From contig NC_057758.1 in the NCBI RefSeq assembly GCF_004010195.1, positions 9,930,031-9,952,684 of the forward strand: a stretch of DNA of 22,654 nucleotides, given 5' to 3'. Origin of the DNA: Chiloscyllium plagiosum (taxonomy: Eukaryota). Made by a program: the position numbers and the translations under genes. Numbering within the stretch: position 1 is the first letter of the stretch; each line of letters opens with the position of its first letter. Positions 10,549-20,979 of the stretch are shown piece by piece. Below the pieces are notes generated by a model, which was given only the letters and a program-made list of their open reading frames with translations, did no database searches and had not been told where the DNA came from.

Positions 10549-12040
10549 GCAATGTACCATAGGGATCGGTGCTGGGTCCACTGTGATATGTCATTTACAT
10601 TAATGATTTGGATGAGAGTTTAGAAGGTATAGTTAGTAAGTTTGTGGATGACACCAGGATTGGTGGTATAGTGGATGGTAGATGTGGTCATCTGGGAATG
10701 CACTGAGATCTTGATCAACTGGGTCATGGCAGATGGAGTTTAATTTAAATAAATACAAGATGTTGCATTTTGGTGGGTTAAACCAGGGCAGGACTTACAC
10801 AGCTAATGGTAAGGCACAGAGGAGTTTTATAGAACAAAGAAGTCTAGATGTACAGATTCATAGCACCTTGAAAACAGAGTGACTGGTAGACAGCGTGGTA
10901 AAGAAGGCTTTCGGCATGCTTGCTTTCATTGGTCAGAGCGCTGAGTATAGGAGTTGAGATGTCTTGCTGCAGCTGGACAAGACGTTGGCGAGACCACTTT
11001 GGAGCAATGCATGCAGTTCTGTGTCACTCAACTATAGAGTCATAGAGATGTACAACACGGAAACAGACCCTTCGGTCCAACCCTGTCCGCACCAACCAAA
11101 TATCCCAACCCAATCTAGACCCACCTGCCAGCTCCCGGCCCATATCCCTCAAAACCCTTCCTATTCATATACCCATCCAAATGCCTCTTAAACGTTGCAA
11201 TTGTACCAGCCTCCACCACTTCCTCTGGCAGCTCATTCCATACACGTACCACCCTTTGTGCGAAAAAGTTGCCCCTTAGGTCCCTTTTATATCTTTCCCG
11301 CCTCACCCTAAACCTATGCCCTCTACTTCTGGACTCCCCAATGCCAGGGAAAAGACTTTGTCTATTTACCCTATCCATGCCCCTCATAATTTTGTAAACC
11401 TCTATAAGGTCACCCTTCAGCCTCCGACGATCCAAGGCCTGTTCAGCCTCTCCCTGTAGCTCAAATCCTCCAACCCTGGCAACATCCTTGTAAATCTTTT
11501 CTGAACCCTTTCAAGTTTCACAACATCTTTCTGAAGGGTATTATTAATCTAAGATGAGTTCTGAAAAGATTTATTTGGATGCTACATGGCTTGGAAGGTT
11601 TGGGTTATAAGGAGAGATTGGATAGGCTGGGACATTTTTCCTCTGGAGCGTAGGTGACTAAGCGGTGACCTCACAAAGGCCTATAAAATCATAAGAGGCA
11701 TAGATAAGGTAGATAACCAACAGCTTTTCCCCATTGTAGGGGCATCTAAAACCAGAGAACATAGGTTTAAGGTGAGAAGGGAGGGATACAAAAGGATTCG
11801 GGACAATTTCTTCATACGGAAGGTGGTGATTGTCTGGAACAGACTGCCAGAGGTAGTGGTAGAAACAAGTACAATTTTGTCATTGAAGAAACATTTGGAC
11901 AGGTACATGGGCAGGATAGGTATGGAGGGATATGAACCAAATGCATGCAAATAGAACTAGTTTCATTGTGTAATCTGCGCAGCATGAGAAATTTGAGCCG
12001 AAGGGCCTGTGTCCATGCTCTAGACCTCGAGGACTCTAAG
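10549..12040 (+). mobile_element. CR1 3' half (RT to tail), itself interrupted at 11034-11532
   Basis: gtaccatagggatcggtgctgggtcca (VPQGSVLGP-like), aagtttgtggatgacacc (KFVDDT), VWNRLPEVVVE, tail gagccgaagggcctgtgtccatgct. Confidence 0.9.
11034..11532 (-). mobile_element. Younger CR1 3' end
   Basis: ORF RRRLKGDLIEVYKIMRGMDRV...RVVRVWNELPEEVVEAG; tail ctctatgactctat on the minus strand. Confidence 0.95.
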
Positions 12041-13039
12041 TGCTCTCCTTGATAGCCTTTGTTAACCACAGATGGTCCATCCTTCTTAATGAGACCTGTT
12101 TGATCATAATAAATTTTTACTGAGTATTATGAAATATCTGTTTAAATATTTGCCACTGCTCATCTACTGGCCTTTCTCTTCATCTATTTTCACAGTCTAC
12201 TTTAAACAACTTTTTCTTCATACTTCTGTACTCACCCTTATCACCCTTATTCATGTTGAGAACATTGATTTCAGACCTGAATTGCTCTCCCACAAACTCA
12301 ATTTGAAATTCTACAATGTTGTGATCACTTTCCACGAGAGGACTTCTAACTACAAGATCTCTTTTCCATCCGACCTCATTATATAACATTAGATCCAGCT
12401 TAAGACTATTCCGGGGCAGGTTTACAATGTACAGGTATAAGAAACAATTCCTGATGAATGCTACAAATTCATCTCCCATGCTATTCTTGCCAATAATGTC
12501 CTAGGCCCAAGCATCTTCAGCTGCTTCAATGACCTTTCCTCATCATCGGGTCAGAAGTCAGGATGTTCGCCAATAATTACACAATTTTCAGCATTATTTC
12601 TAACTCCTAAGATACTGGAGCAGTCAGTGTTCAAATCCAGGCTTGGGCTGACAAGTGACAAGTAATATTCATACCACATAAATGCCAGGCTATGATCATT
12701 ACCAATAAGAGATAATCTAACTACCACCCCTTGATATTCAGTGGTGTTACCATCACTGAATCTCCCAGTGTCAATAAACTGGGGGTTACCATTGACCAGA
12801 AACTGAACTGGACTAGCCATGTAAATGCAGTGGCCACAAGAGTAGATCAGAGGCTTGGAAAACTCTGACAAGTAAATCATCTCCTGACTCCTCAAAGTCT
12901 GTCCACTATCTACAAGGTACAAGTCAGGAGTGTGATGGATTACTCCACTTGCCTGGATCAGTGCAGCTCCAACAACACAACAACAAGAAGTTTGATACAT
13001 CAAAACAATGCAGCCCACTTGATTGGCACCACATCCACA

Positions 13040-13162
13040 AGCAGGCAAAAGTGAGGACTGCAGATGCTGGAGATTAGAGTCAAGGTTAGAGTGGTGTTGG
13101 AAAGGCACAGCAGGTCAGGCAGCAGGAAAATCGATGTTTCAGGAGCCCTTCATCAGGAATGC
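13040..13162 (-). mobile_element. Short Penelope pseudo-LTR 3' end insertion
   Basis: aaaagtgaggactgcagatgctggag...caggtcaggcagc...cccttcatcaggaat, same family as 8106-8222 and 19481-19630. Confidence 0.85.
13133..13156 (-). ncRNA. Minimal hammerhead ribozyme core (compact variant)
   Basis: Minus strand CUGAUGA-AGG-gcu-CCU-GAAAC-AUC. Confidence 0.6.
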
Positions 13163-14287
13163 AGGAATTCACCAACAATCCTTAGACAGTATCTTCCAGG
13201 CCTGAAACCACTTCCATCCAGAAGTACATGCAGTAATAGATTATGGGAACTAACCCCAAAGGTTCCCCTCTAAGTCACTCACCATCCTGCCTTGAAGACA
13301 TAAGCCATTTCTTCAGTGTCGCCTGGTCAAATCCTGAAATTTTCTCCCTAAGACATTGTGGGTTATCTGTAGCACATGAACTGCAACAATGCAAGAATTC
13401 AGCTCATCATCACCTTCTCAAGGGCAACTAGGGATGGGCAATAAATGCTGGCCAGCCAGAGATGTGCACATCCCACGAACGAATAAAAATAAAATGACTT
13501 GTGCAATCAAACTGTAGATCAAAATCACCCAGAGCAATGAAAGCGCCCTTCTGAAACACCCCAATATTTCCTGATTTATACTTTGTCCTACAGTGAGGCA
13601 ACTCTTCGGGGGCCTATGGACAGTACCAGTCATGACTTCTCTCCCTGGCCATTCCTTATTTCTAGCCAATCTGATTCCACACCATGATCTACTACATCTA
13701 TGTCATTACTCACCATCTCACTGATACTTTTATTAACCAAGTACCCCAGCATCTTTTCTTTTTGCCTCTTCTTCCAGAACACCAAATACAGGTACTCTTG
13801 AATATAGAGTTCCCAGTCTTAGTCCCTCTACAACCAAGTCTCTATTTATATTCATTTACTTCTGTTGGTGGCAGTTAACTCATCTATCTTGTTGTAAATG
13901 CTGCATGCATTCAGATAAAGTCTTTATGCTTTAATTCTAACCATTATTACTCTCTTTGGTTTTAATTTCTGCTGCAACACTGCTTATATGTTCTGCCTCT
14001 TCCTGTCACACTTTGGTTATTGTTCACCTTTTCACTCTGCTGCACCTCTGCTCTCTCATTTCTTTTTTTAATTTTTAAACCTTCCTGTCAAGTGAATCTT
14101 CTCCTAATTAGTTTAAAGCCCTATCTACAAGCCTAACTATACAATTCTCCAGGATACTGATCCTCGGATGATTTGGATTGAACCTGCCCCGATGGAATAA
14201 CTCTTTCTTTGCTAAGTACTAGTGCCCCATGAATTGAAATCCATTTCTCCCATACTAACTTTTGAGCTACACATTTACTTCTTTAAT

Positions 14288-14800
14288 CATACAGACATAG
14301 AGCATGGAAAAAGGCCCCTCGGCCCAACTCATCCATGCTGACTGGGTTTCCTAAAGTGAACCAGTCCCATTTGCCTGCATTTAGCCCATATCACTCTAAA
14401 CCTTTACTATCCATGTGCCTATCCAAATGTTGTAACTGTACCCGACTCTACCACTTCCTCTAGCAGCTTGCTTCATATATGCACCAGCCTGTGTGAAAAA
14501 GCTGCCCTTCAGAATCCTTTTAAATTTTTTCCCTCTCATCTTAAACCTATGCCCTCTAGCTTTGGACTCTCTTACCCTGGGGAACAGACTTGGACAATCC
14601 ACCTTATCTATACCCCTCATGATTTTATAAACCTCTATAGGGTCACCCCTCAGCCTCCGGCGCTCCAAGGAAAAAAAGCCCTGGCATATCCAATCTATCT
14701 TTATAATTCAAACCTTCCAGTCTTGATGACATGACATCCATGCAAACCTTTTTTGCATCCTTTCCAATTTAATAACATCCTTTCTGTGGCAGGGTGACCA
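14288..14800 (-). mobile_element. CR1 3' end
   Basis: ORF ERRRLRGDPIEVYKIMRGIDKVD...GHRFKMRG; CR1 tail at 14288-14340. Confidence 0.9.
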
Positions 14801-14854
14801 CACATTATTTAATCTATGTCAATTTGCATGATGCTAAGGTAGTAATCCTGAGAT

Positions 14855-15581
14855 CATGGAAAGTCATAGAGATGTACAGCATGAAAACAGACCCTTCAGT
14901 CCAACTCATCCACACTGACCAGATATCCTAAATTAATCTGGTCCCATTTGCCAACATTTGGCCCATATCCCTCTAAATCCTTCCTATTCATGTACCCATC
15001 CAGATGCCTTTTAAATGTTGCAACTGGAAATGGGAACAGTTCATCCCTGAAACTTTCACAGGACTCGGGTGGGGGTGCCTGTTGCTAGAACCTGCACTCA
15101 CTGCATCTTCTGGATTTCATCCTCAACAAACTTCTGCTCTTGTCCTTTTTATAACTGGCCTGGTAGATGGCATTTCCTTCCTCATCATCCTTCTCTTCTG
15201 CAGCACCACCTTCCCTGACGTTGCCAGCTTCTTGCCCATCTGAGCCTATCTCCCATATGCACCCCCGTCCTCCTATGCCGCTGCCATCTCCAGGCCCTAG
15301 CAGATGGGCCATATCATCTGGGAGAGAAACTTGAGCCTCTGCCATTTCTCTGGCAATGGCCAGCTCAGGCAGTACGCCACCATTCTAAACTTGCTCCAAA
15401 ATTCATGGTGCTGGCTTCAGGACCCTGCTGACAAATCAGGCTGAGGCATAAATTGCACAGAAGTCACAAATTCAAAATGTGCTACGGCTGACCTCAGTCT
15501 ATTTTTTAACAAAAATGTCCCAGGCCCAAAGCTGCCTCAGCCATTCAGCCTGATTGACCCCTGGGTTCAGCTCCTTCTTCT
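14855..15581 (-). mobile_element. Chimeric retro-insertion: about 560 bp of unrecognised sequence fused to a 170-bp CR1 tail
   Basis: ctgagat duplicated at 14848-14854 and 15582-15588; CR1 tail 14855-15022 is highly similar to 11034-11200; removal restores host CR1 ggtagtaatcctgagat|tattatcttt. Confidence 0.6.
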
Positions 15582-15946
15582 CTGAGATTATTATCTTTGT
15601 GGTTCTGCTTGCTAATTTAGTGTCTAGCTGCTCATAATTCCGAGCAGAACAGCTTTCCTCGTCATACCTAGTTGCTGGTACCTAGTGGACCATGACGACT
15701 GGATCCTTCCGCTTCCACTACAAATTCCTCTGCAGTCTAGAGGGCTCTGCATGCCCTAGCAACCAAAGCCAGCGATATTATCACTACATCACTGCCTCCC
15801 CAGGGAGGTGATCTCTATTGGGGATCATCAGGAACATTAAGAATAGTCCATTTAGCCCACCAAGCCTGTTCTGCTGCTCAATAAGATCAGGGCTGATCTC
15901 CTACTTCAGCTTCTCCTTTCTCTCTGATAAGCATATCTCTTCATTC

Positions 15947-16156
15947 TGGATTAATGGTGCTGGAAGAGCACAGCAGTTCAGGCAGCATCCAAGGAGCTTC
16001 GAAATCAACATTTCGGGCAAAAGCCCTGATGAAGGGCTTTGCCCGAAACTTCGATTTCGAAGCTCCTTGGATGCTGCCTGAACTGCTGTGCTCTTCCAGC
16101 ACCACTAATCCAGAATCTGGTTTCCAGCACCTGTAGTCATTGTTTTTACCTCTTTT
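15947..16156 (+). mobile_element. Penelope pseudo-LTR insertion with 5' inversion forming a near-perfect hairpin
   Basis: 14-bp TSD atatctcttcattc (15933-15946, 16157-16170); arms 15943-16027 and 16033-16116; nearly identical to the terminus at 20889-20985. Confidence 0.92.
16026..16052 (+). ncRNA. Minimal hammerhead ribozyme core
   Basis: CUGAUGA-A-GGGC-uuu-GCCC-GAAAC-UUC (family consensus GUC). Confidence 0.65.
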
Positions 16157-16870
16157 ATATCTCTTCATTCCCCTAGTAATTCCCAAAAAGCTATCCCAGT
16201 CTTGAATGCAGTCAATGATTGTGTATCACTGTTCACAAGGTAGAGAATTCCAATGATTCAAAGCCCACTAATTGAAGCATGCTGCCTTATTTCAGTCTGA
16301 AAGAACCGACAGATTATTCCGAGATTTACTTACCCTGTTTCAACTTCAGATCTGTACGTGCAACTCTCTATTCCCTTGTAATACGGTGGGTTGTGGAGAA
16401 AATGGGGTTTTGGGACAGTGCAGCAGAGTGCTATAGGGAGATTGGGAGGTTTTTGGGGAGGGGTTATTATGCAGAGATTGGCATCATAGAAATTATATAG
16501 AGATTATAGAACTTCGAAAAATTGACTTGGAGGTTCAAAGGGAAGGTTTGGGTGTATGAAAGGTCTGTGTAAACAGTTTTATTTGATTAAGAACATTTTT
16601 ATGGAAGTGTTGTGGGAGAATTGGGCCACTAATGGGGTTATTTAGATTTGGGGTTTTATTAGGATATATAGAAGGGAGTGGGGGAGCATTGACTGTCGAT
16701 TGTTTCATTTATGGAATTTGGAGGAGGTTTGGGGGAGGTTTGAGGGGATTAATTAGTTTAGTTAATTGACATTTTTTGTTAGAGTTTTGGGCTACATTCA
16801 CTGATATTTAACAGAATACCCAAAGCCAATGGCAAGCCAAAAAATCAGAATATTCAAATATTCTAGTGTG

Positions 16871-17757
16871 ACATAGAATGCAAGGAGCAGAAATAGGCCC
16901 TTTAGCCCTTCAAGCCGGCTCTGCCATTCAATATGTCCATCACTAATCCTCTATCTCAATGCTATATTCCTGATTTTTCCAATATTCCTTGATTTAAAGT
17001 GTAAACATCTCTTTCTCAAATACATTTTCTGCTGACAAATATATTCAGTGACTTGACCTCCAGAATCTTCACTACCCCTCTGAGTGAAGGAATGTTTCTT
17101 CATCTCAGTCCTAAATGGTCTATCTCTAACCTGTGTTCCCTAGTTCTGGACTCCACAATCAGGCAAAACTTCCTCCCTGCACCTCGTCTGTCCAGCCCTG
17201 TTAGAATTCTGTCTGTTTCAATGAGACCTTCTCTCATCCTTCTAAACTCTAATGCATACAGGCCAAGTCGAACCAATCTCACCACATTGGACAGTTTTGC
17301 CATCCCTGTTATCAGCCTAGTGAACCTCCGCTGCATTCCCTCTAAGGCAAGTACATCTTTCTTATGTAGGGAGACTCAAAATGTACACAATACTCCAGGT
17401 GCAGTCTTACCAAGGCCCTGTATAAGTGCAGTAAGACATCTGAACTCAAATCCTCTCACAATGAAGGTCAACATACACCACTCGTCTTCCTAACAGCTTG
17501 CTGCACCTGCCGACCTACTTTCAATGACTGGTGAATAAGGACACCCAGATCACTTTGTACATTCACACTTCCCAAAACATTACCATTTAAATAATACTCT
17601 GACTTTCTGTTTTTCACACCACAGTGTGTAACTTTACATTTAGTCATGTTATACTGCATCTGCCATGTGTTTGCCTACTCATTCAACTTGTCTAAATAGC
17701 CCCGAAGCCTCCTTGCATCATCCTCACAACTCTCAATCTGGCCAGTTTTCTGTCATC
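16871..17757 (-). mobile_element. CR1 3' half (from the RT DD motif to the tail)
   Basis: QRRFTRLITGM...LGLYALEFRRMREGLIE; MQYNMTKCKVTH; CR1 tail at 16871-16950. Confidence 0.9.
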
Positions 17758-18274
17758 GAGACACAAAAACTGCAGATGCTGGAATCCAAAGTAGATAGGC
17801 AGGAGGCTGGAAGAACACAGCAAGCCAGGCAGCATCAGGAGGTGGAGAAGTTGACGTTTTGGGTCTACTTCAGGACGAGGGTGGGTGTGGGGGGAGCTGC
17901 AGATAAAGGGGGTGGCAGGGGCAGGGTGGTGAAATGGGGATAGGTGAAGACAGGTAGAGTGTACGATCTGGTTGGTCAATGGGAGGAATGGATCAGTTGG
18001 TGGCAGGGAGGAGTTGCAGTGATGGGAGGGGCTGGGAAGGAGGTTATTTGAAATTGGAGAATTCAGTGTTGAGTCGCCCAGGCTGTAGAATGCCCAGGCA
18101 GAAGATAAGGTGTTGTTCCTCCAGTAGGCGCTGTGATTTGTTTGGGCAATATAGCAGTCCAAGGATAGTCCTTCCAATCACCGCCCATTTCAATTCCCCC
18201 AACCACTCCCTTTCCGATATGACTATTCTTGGTCTCCTCCATTGCCAAAACAAACCACAGCACCTATTGGAGGA
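17758..18274 (-). mobile_element. Penelope-like element 3' fragment (GIY-YIG C-terminus plus pseudo-LTR) with an inverted 5' piece
   Basis: Minus: TILGLLYCPNKSQRLLEEQHLIFCLGILQPGRLNTEFSNFK*; plus 18171-18274: LPITAHFNSPNHSLSDMTILGLLHCQNKPQHLLEE; degraded hammerhead at 17853-17873. Confidence 0.9.
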
Positions 18275-19480
18275 ATTGTGCGAGGGGACTCTCTAGTCAG
18301 AGGCACAGACAGACATTTCTGCGACCAGCAGGGAAAAATCAGAATGGTATGTTGCATCCCTGGTATTGGCATCAAGGATGTGCCAGAGAGGGTGCAGAAA
18401 GTTCTTAAAGAGGAGAGGGACCAGCAGGAGGTCATTGTACACATTGGAACCAACGACACAGTCAGGGAAAAGGATGAGATTCTGAAGGGAAATCATATAA
18501 AGTTAGGTAGGAATTTAAAAAAGGAGGTGCTTAGGGTAGTAACATCTGGATTACTTCTGGTGTTACGAGCTAGTATGATTAGGAAGAGGAGGATAGAGCA
18601 GATGAATGCATGGCCGAGGAGCTGGTGTATAGGAGAAGGATTCACACTTTTGGATCATTGGAATCTCTTAGGTACAAGAAGGATGGATTGCACCTGAATT
18701 GAAAGGAAACTAATATACTGGCAGGGAAATTTGCCAGAGATGCTCAGGGGGATTTAAACTAGTAAAGTGGGGAGTTGGGCGGGGGGGGAATCCAGGGAAA
18801 TAATGAGGAAAGAGATCAATCTGAGACTGATACAGTTGGGAAAGAGAGTGTCAAACAGTCAGGGCAGGCAGGGACAAAGCAGAGAACAAGGTAAATTAAA
18901 CTGCATTTATTTAAATGCTAGAGACTGAACAGGGAAGGCAGATGAACTCAGGGCACAGTTAGGAACACGGGATTGGAATATCATAGCAATTACAGAAATG
19001 TTGCTCAGGGATGGACAGGACTGGCAGCTTAATGTTCCAGGATACAAATGCTTTAGGAAGAATAGAAAGGGGAGCAAGAGAGCAGGTGGAATGGCATTTT
19101 TGATAAGGGATAGTATATACTGCTGTACTTAGGGAGGATATTTCTGGGAATACATCCAAGGAAGTTATTTGGGTGGAACTGAGAAATAATAAAGGGAAGA
19201 TCACCTTCTTGGGATTGTATTATAGATTCCCAATAGTCAGCAGGAAATTGAGAAACAAATTTGTAAGGAGATTTCAGATATCTGTAAGAATAATAAGGCG
19301 GTTATGTTAAGGGATTTTAGCTTTCCAACACAGACTGGAACTGCCATAGTGTTAATTGTTTATATGAAGAGGAATCTGTTAAGTGTGTACAAGAAAATTT
19401 TCTGATTCGGTATGTGGATATACCTACTAGACAACCTACTAGACAAGGTGCAAAATTTGACCTACTCTTGGGGAATAAGG

Positions 19481-19630
19481 AGAAAATGAGGACTGCAGAT
19501 GCTGGACATCAAAGTCAAGACTGTAGTGCTCACAAAGCATTGCAGGTCAGGCAGCATCTGAGGAGCAGGAGAATCGACGCTTCAGGCATAAGCCCTTCAT
19601 CAGGAATGCTCCAGCACCACACTTTCGACT
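19481..19630 (-). mobile_element. Short Penelope pseudo-LTR insertion with a small inverted piece
   Basis: Imperfect TSD tggggaataagg / tgggaaatatgg; 19609-19630 ctccagcaccacactttcgact is an inverted pLTR piece. Confidence 0.85.
19576..19603 (-). ncRNA. Minimal hammerhead ribozyme core, probably impaired
   Basis: CUGAUGA-A-GGGC-uuau-GCCU-GAAGC-GUC; GAAA changed to GAAG. Confidence 0.6.
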
Positions 19631-20302
19631 TCTGGGAAATATGGCAGGACAGATGACTGAGGTGTCAGTGGGGGAGCATTCTGGGACCAGCAACCATAAT
19701 TCTATTAGCTTTAAAATAGTGATGGAAAAGGATACACTGGATTTTAAAGTTTAAGTTCTAAGCTGGAGGAAGGCTAATTTTGACGGTATTAGGCAAGATC
19801 TTTCAAAAGCTGATTGGGGGCTGACGTTTGCAAAAAAGAGACGACTGGAAAATGGGACGCCTTCAAAAATGAGATAACTACAGTCCACAGACAGTACATT
19901 CCTGTTAGGGTGAAAGGAAAGGTTGGTAGGTGTAGGGAATGCTGGATGACTAAAGAAATTGAGGGTTTGGTTAAGAAAATGGAAGCATATGACAAGATGA
20001 GACAAGAAAGATCAAGTGATTCCGTAGAAGAGTTTAAAGGCTGTAGGAGTATACTTCAAAGGGAAATCAGAAAGGTAAAAAGGGGACATGAAATAGCTTT
20101 GGCAAATAGGGTTAAGGAGAATCCAAAGGGAATTTATAAATACGTTAAGGACAAAAGGGTAACGAGGGAGAGAATAGGGCCCCTCAAAGATCAGCAAGGC
20201 AGCCTATGTGTGGAGTCGCTGGAGATGGGGGAGATACTGAACGAATATTTTGCATCAGTGTTTACCGTGGAGAAGGGCATGAGAGGTATAGAATGTGGAG
20301 GG

Positions 20303-20640
20303 AAGGTCATTGATGAAGCAACTGAAGATGGTTGGGCCTAAGATACTACCATGATGAACCCTGCTGAGATGTCCTGGAGCTGAAATGGCTGACCTCCAAC
20401 AACCACAACCACCTTCCTACGTGCCAGGTATGATTCTAACCAGTAGTAAGCTTGCCCCCGATACCCATTAATTCCAGTTTTGCTAGGACTTCTTATTACC
20501 ATTATTGGTCAAATGCGGCTTTGACGTCAAGGACTGTCACTCTCACCTCACCTCTGGAATTTAATTCGTGTCCTTTTTTGAAACTAAGCTGTAATGAGGT
20601 CAGGAGCTGAGTGGTCTTGGCAGAATCCAAACTGGATGTA
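20303..20640 (-). mobile_element. CR1/L2-clade LINE RT fragment
   Basis: ELNSRGEVRVTVLDVKAAFDQ (RT motif A) and ttaggcccaaccatcttcagttgcttcatcaatgacctt; same family as 12499-13492. Confidence 0.85.
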
Positions 20641-20649
20641 CCTGAGCAG

Positions 20650-20735
20650 TTCATGTAAAACACTACGCCACCTTCTTTCCCGTTTTGTTTGTCCTTTCTA
20701 AACAATCAATGTCCCTGTAGGTTACTTTCCAGCCA
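20650..20735 (-). mobile_element. Short CR1 endonuclease fragment
   Basis: WESNLQGH*LFRKDKQNGKEGGVVFY, matching the APE GY..FRKDR...GGGV motif. Confidence 0.6.
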
Positions 20736-20951
20736 AAAAGAACAAGATGGCAGCAGAGAAGGACACTGCTTGTCTGCTCCATCCATTTCTTTTTCTTTGT
20801 TTTTTGCTCTCTTTTATACCTTTTCCTCTTCTCTCTTCTTGGCCTTGAAATCTCAGCTTCAGCGAAGGCTTGGCCTCTTGGATCCTCATTCTGGATTAGT
20901 AGTGCTGGAAGAGCACAGCAGTTCAGGCAGCATCCAAGGAGCAGTAAAATC

Positions 20952-20979
20952 AAAGTTTCGGGCAAAAGCCCTTCATCAG
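20952..20979 (-). ncRNA. Minimal hammerhead ribozyme core in the PLE pseudo-LTR
   Basis: CUGAUGA-A-GGGC-uuuu-GCCC-GAAAC-UUU (cleavage triplet drifted from GUC). Confidence 0.65.

Larger units (their letters stand above)
12499..13492 (+). mobile_element. CR1/L2-clade LINE 3' half
   Basis: Starts in RT (gtcctaggcccaagcatcttcagctgcttcaatgac; atgttcgccaataat = decayed FADD); tail cttctcaagggcaactagggatgggcaataaatgctggcc...gaataaaaa. Confidence 0.85.
8060..15750 (-). mobile_element. Old, near full-length CR1 LINE fragmented by nested insertions
   Basis: Collinear pieces: tail from 8060; RT (IFQNSPDSGRVPGDWKTANV, AGNYSPVSLIS at 9871-10080); endonuclease (LVESDHNIVEF at 12180-12479, GTVHRPPKS near 13620); ORF1 remnants at 14100-14286 and 15582-15750. 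Confidence 0.8.
15820..16350 (-). mobile_element. Very old CR1 3' tail fragment hosting the PLE hairpin
   Basis: tagtccatttagcccaccaagcctgttctgctgctcaataagatcagggctgatct and ggtagagaattccaatgattca (VNxWNSLP on the minus strand). Confidence 0.65.
18275..20302 (+). mobile_element. CR1 5' half: ORF1 SGNH/GDSL esterase and ORF2 AP endonuclease, decayed
   Basis: GDSLVRG, VHIGTND and DGLHLN (18682) motifs; APE start LNCIYLNAR at about 18895, IIAITE, GTSNHN (SDH site); KENPKGIYKYV...EILNEYFASVFT. Confidence 0.92.

Noticed and set aside
15941..16186. Mirror-image ORFs on both strands (VLEEHSSSGSIQGASKS)
   Set aside because: By-product of the DNA palindrome
18242..18697. Host GDSL lipase/esterase gene
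   Set aside because: It is the CR1 ORF1 esterase, frameshifted and directly followed by CR1 ORF2
19422..19445. 12-bp tandem duplication acctactagaca
   Set aside because: Ordinary slippage within a dead CR1
20740..20888. aagatggcagcag followed by a pyrimidine-rich tract, as a promoter or acceptor
   Set aside because: Wedged between TE fragments and probably another repeat piece; cannot be assigned from sequence alone
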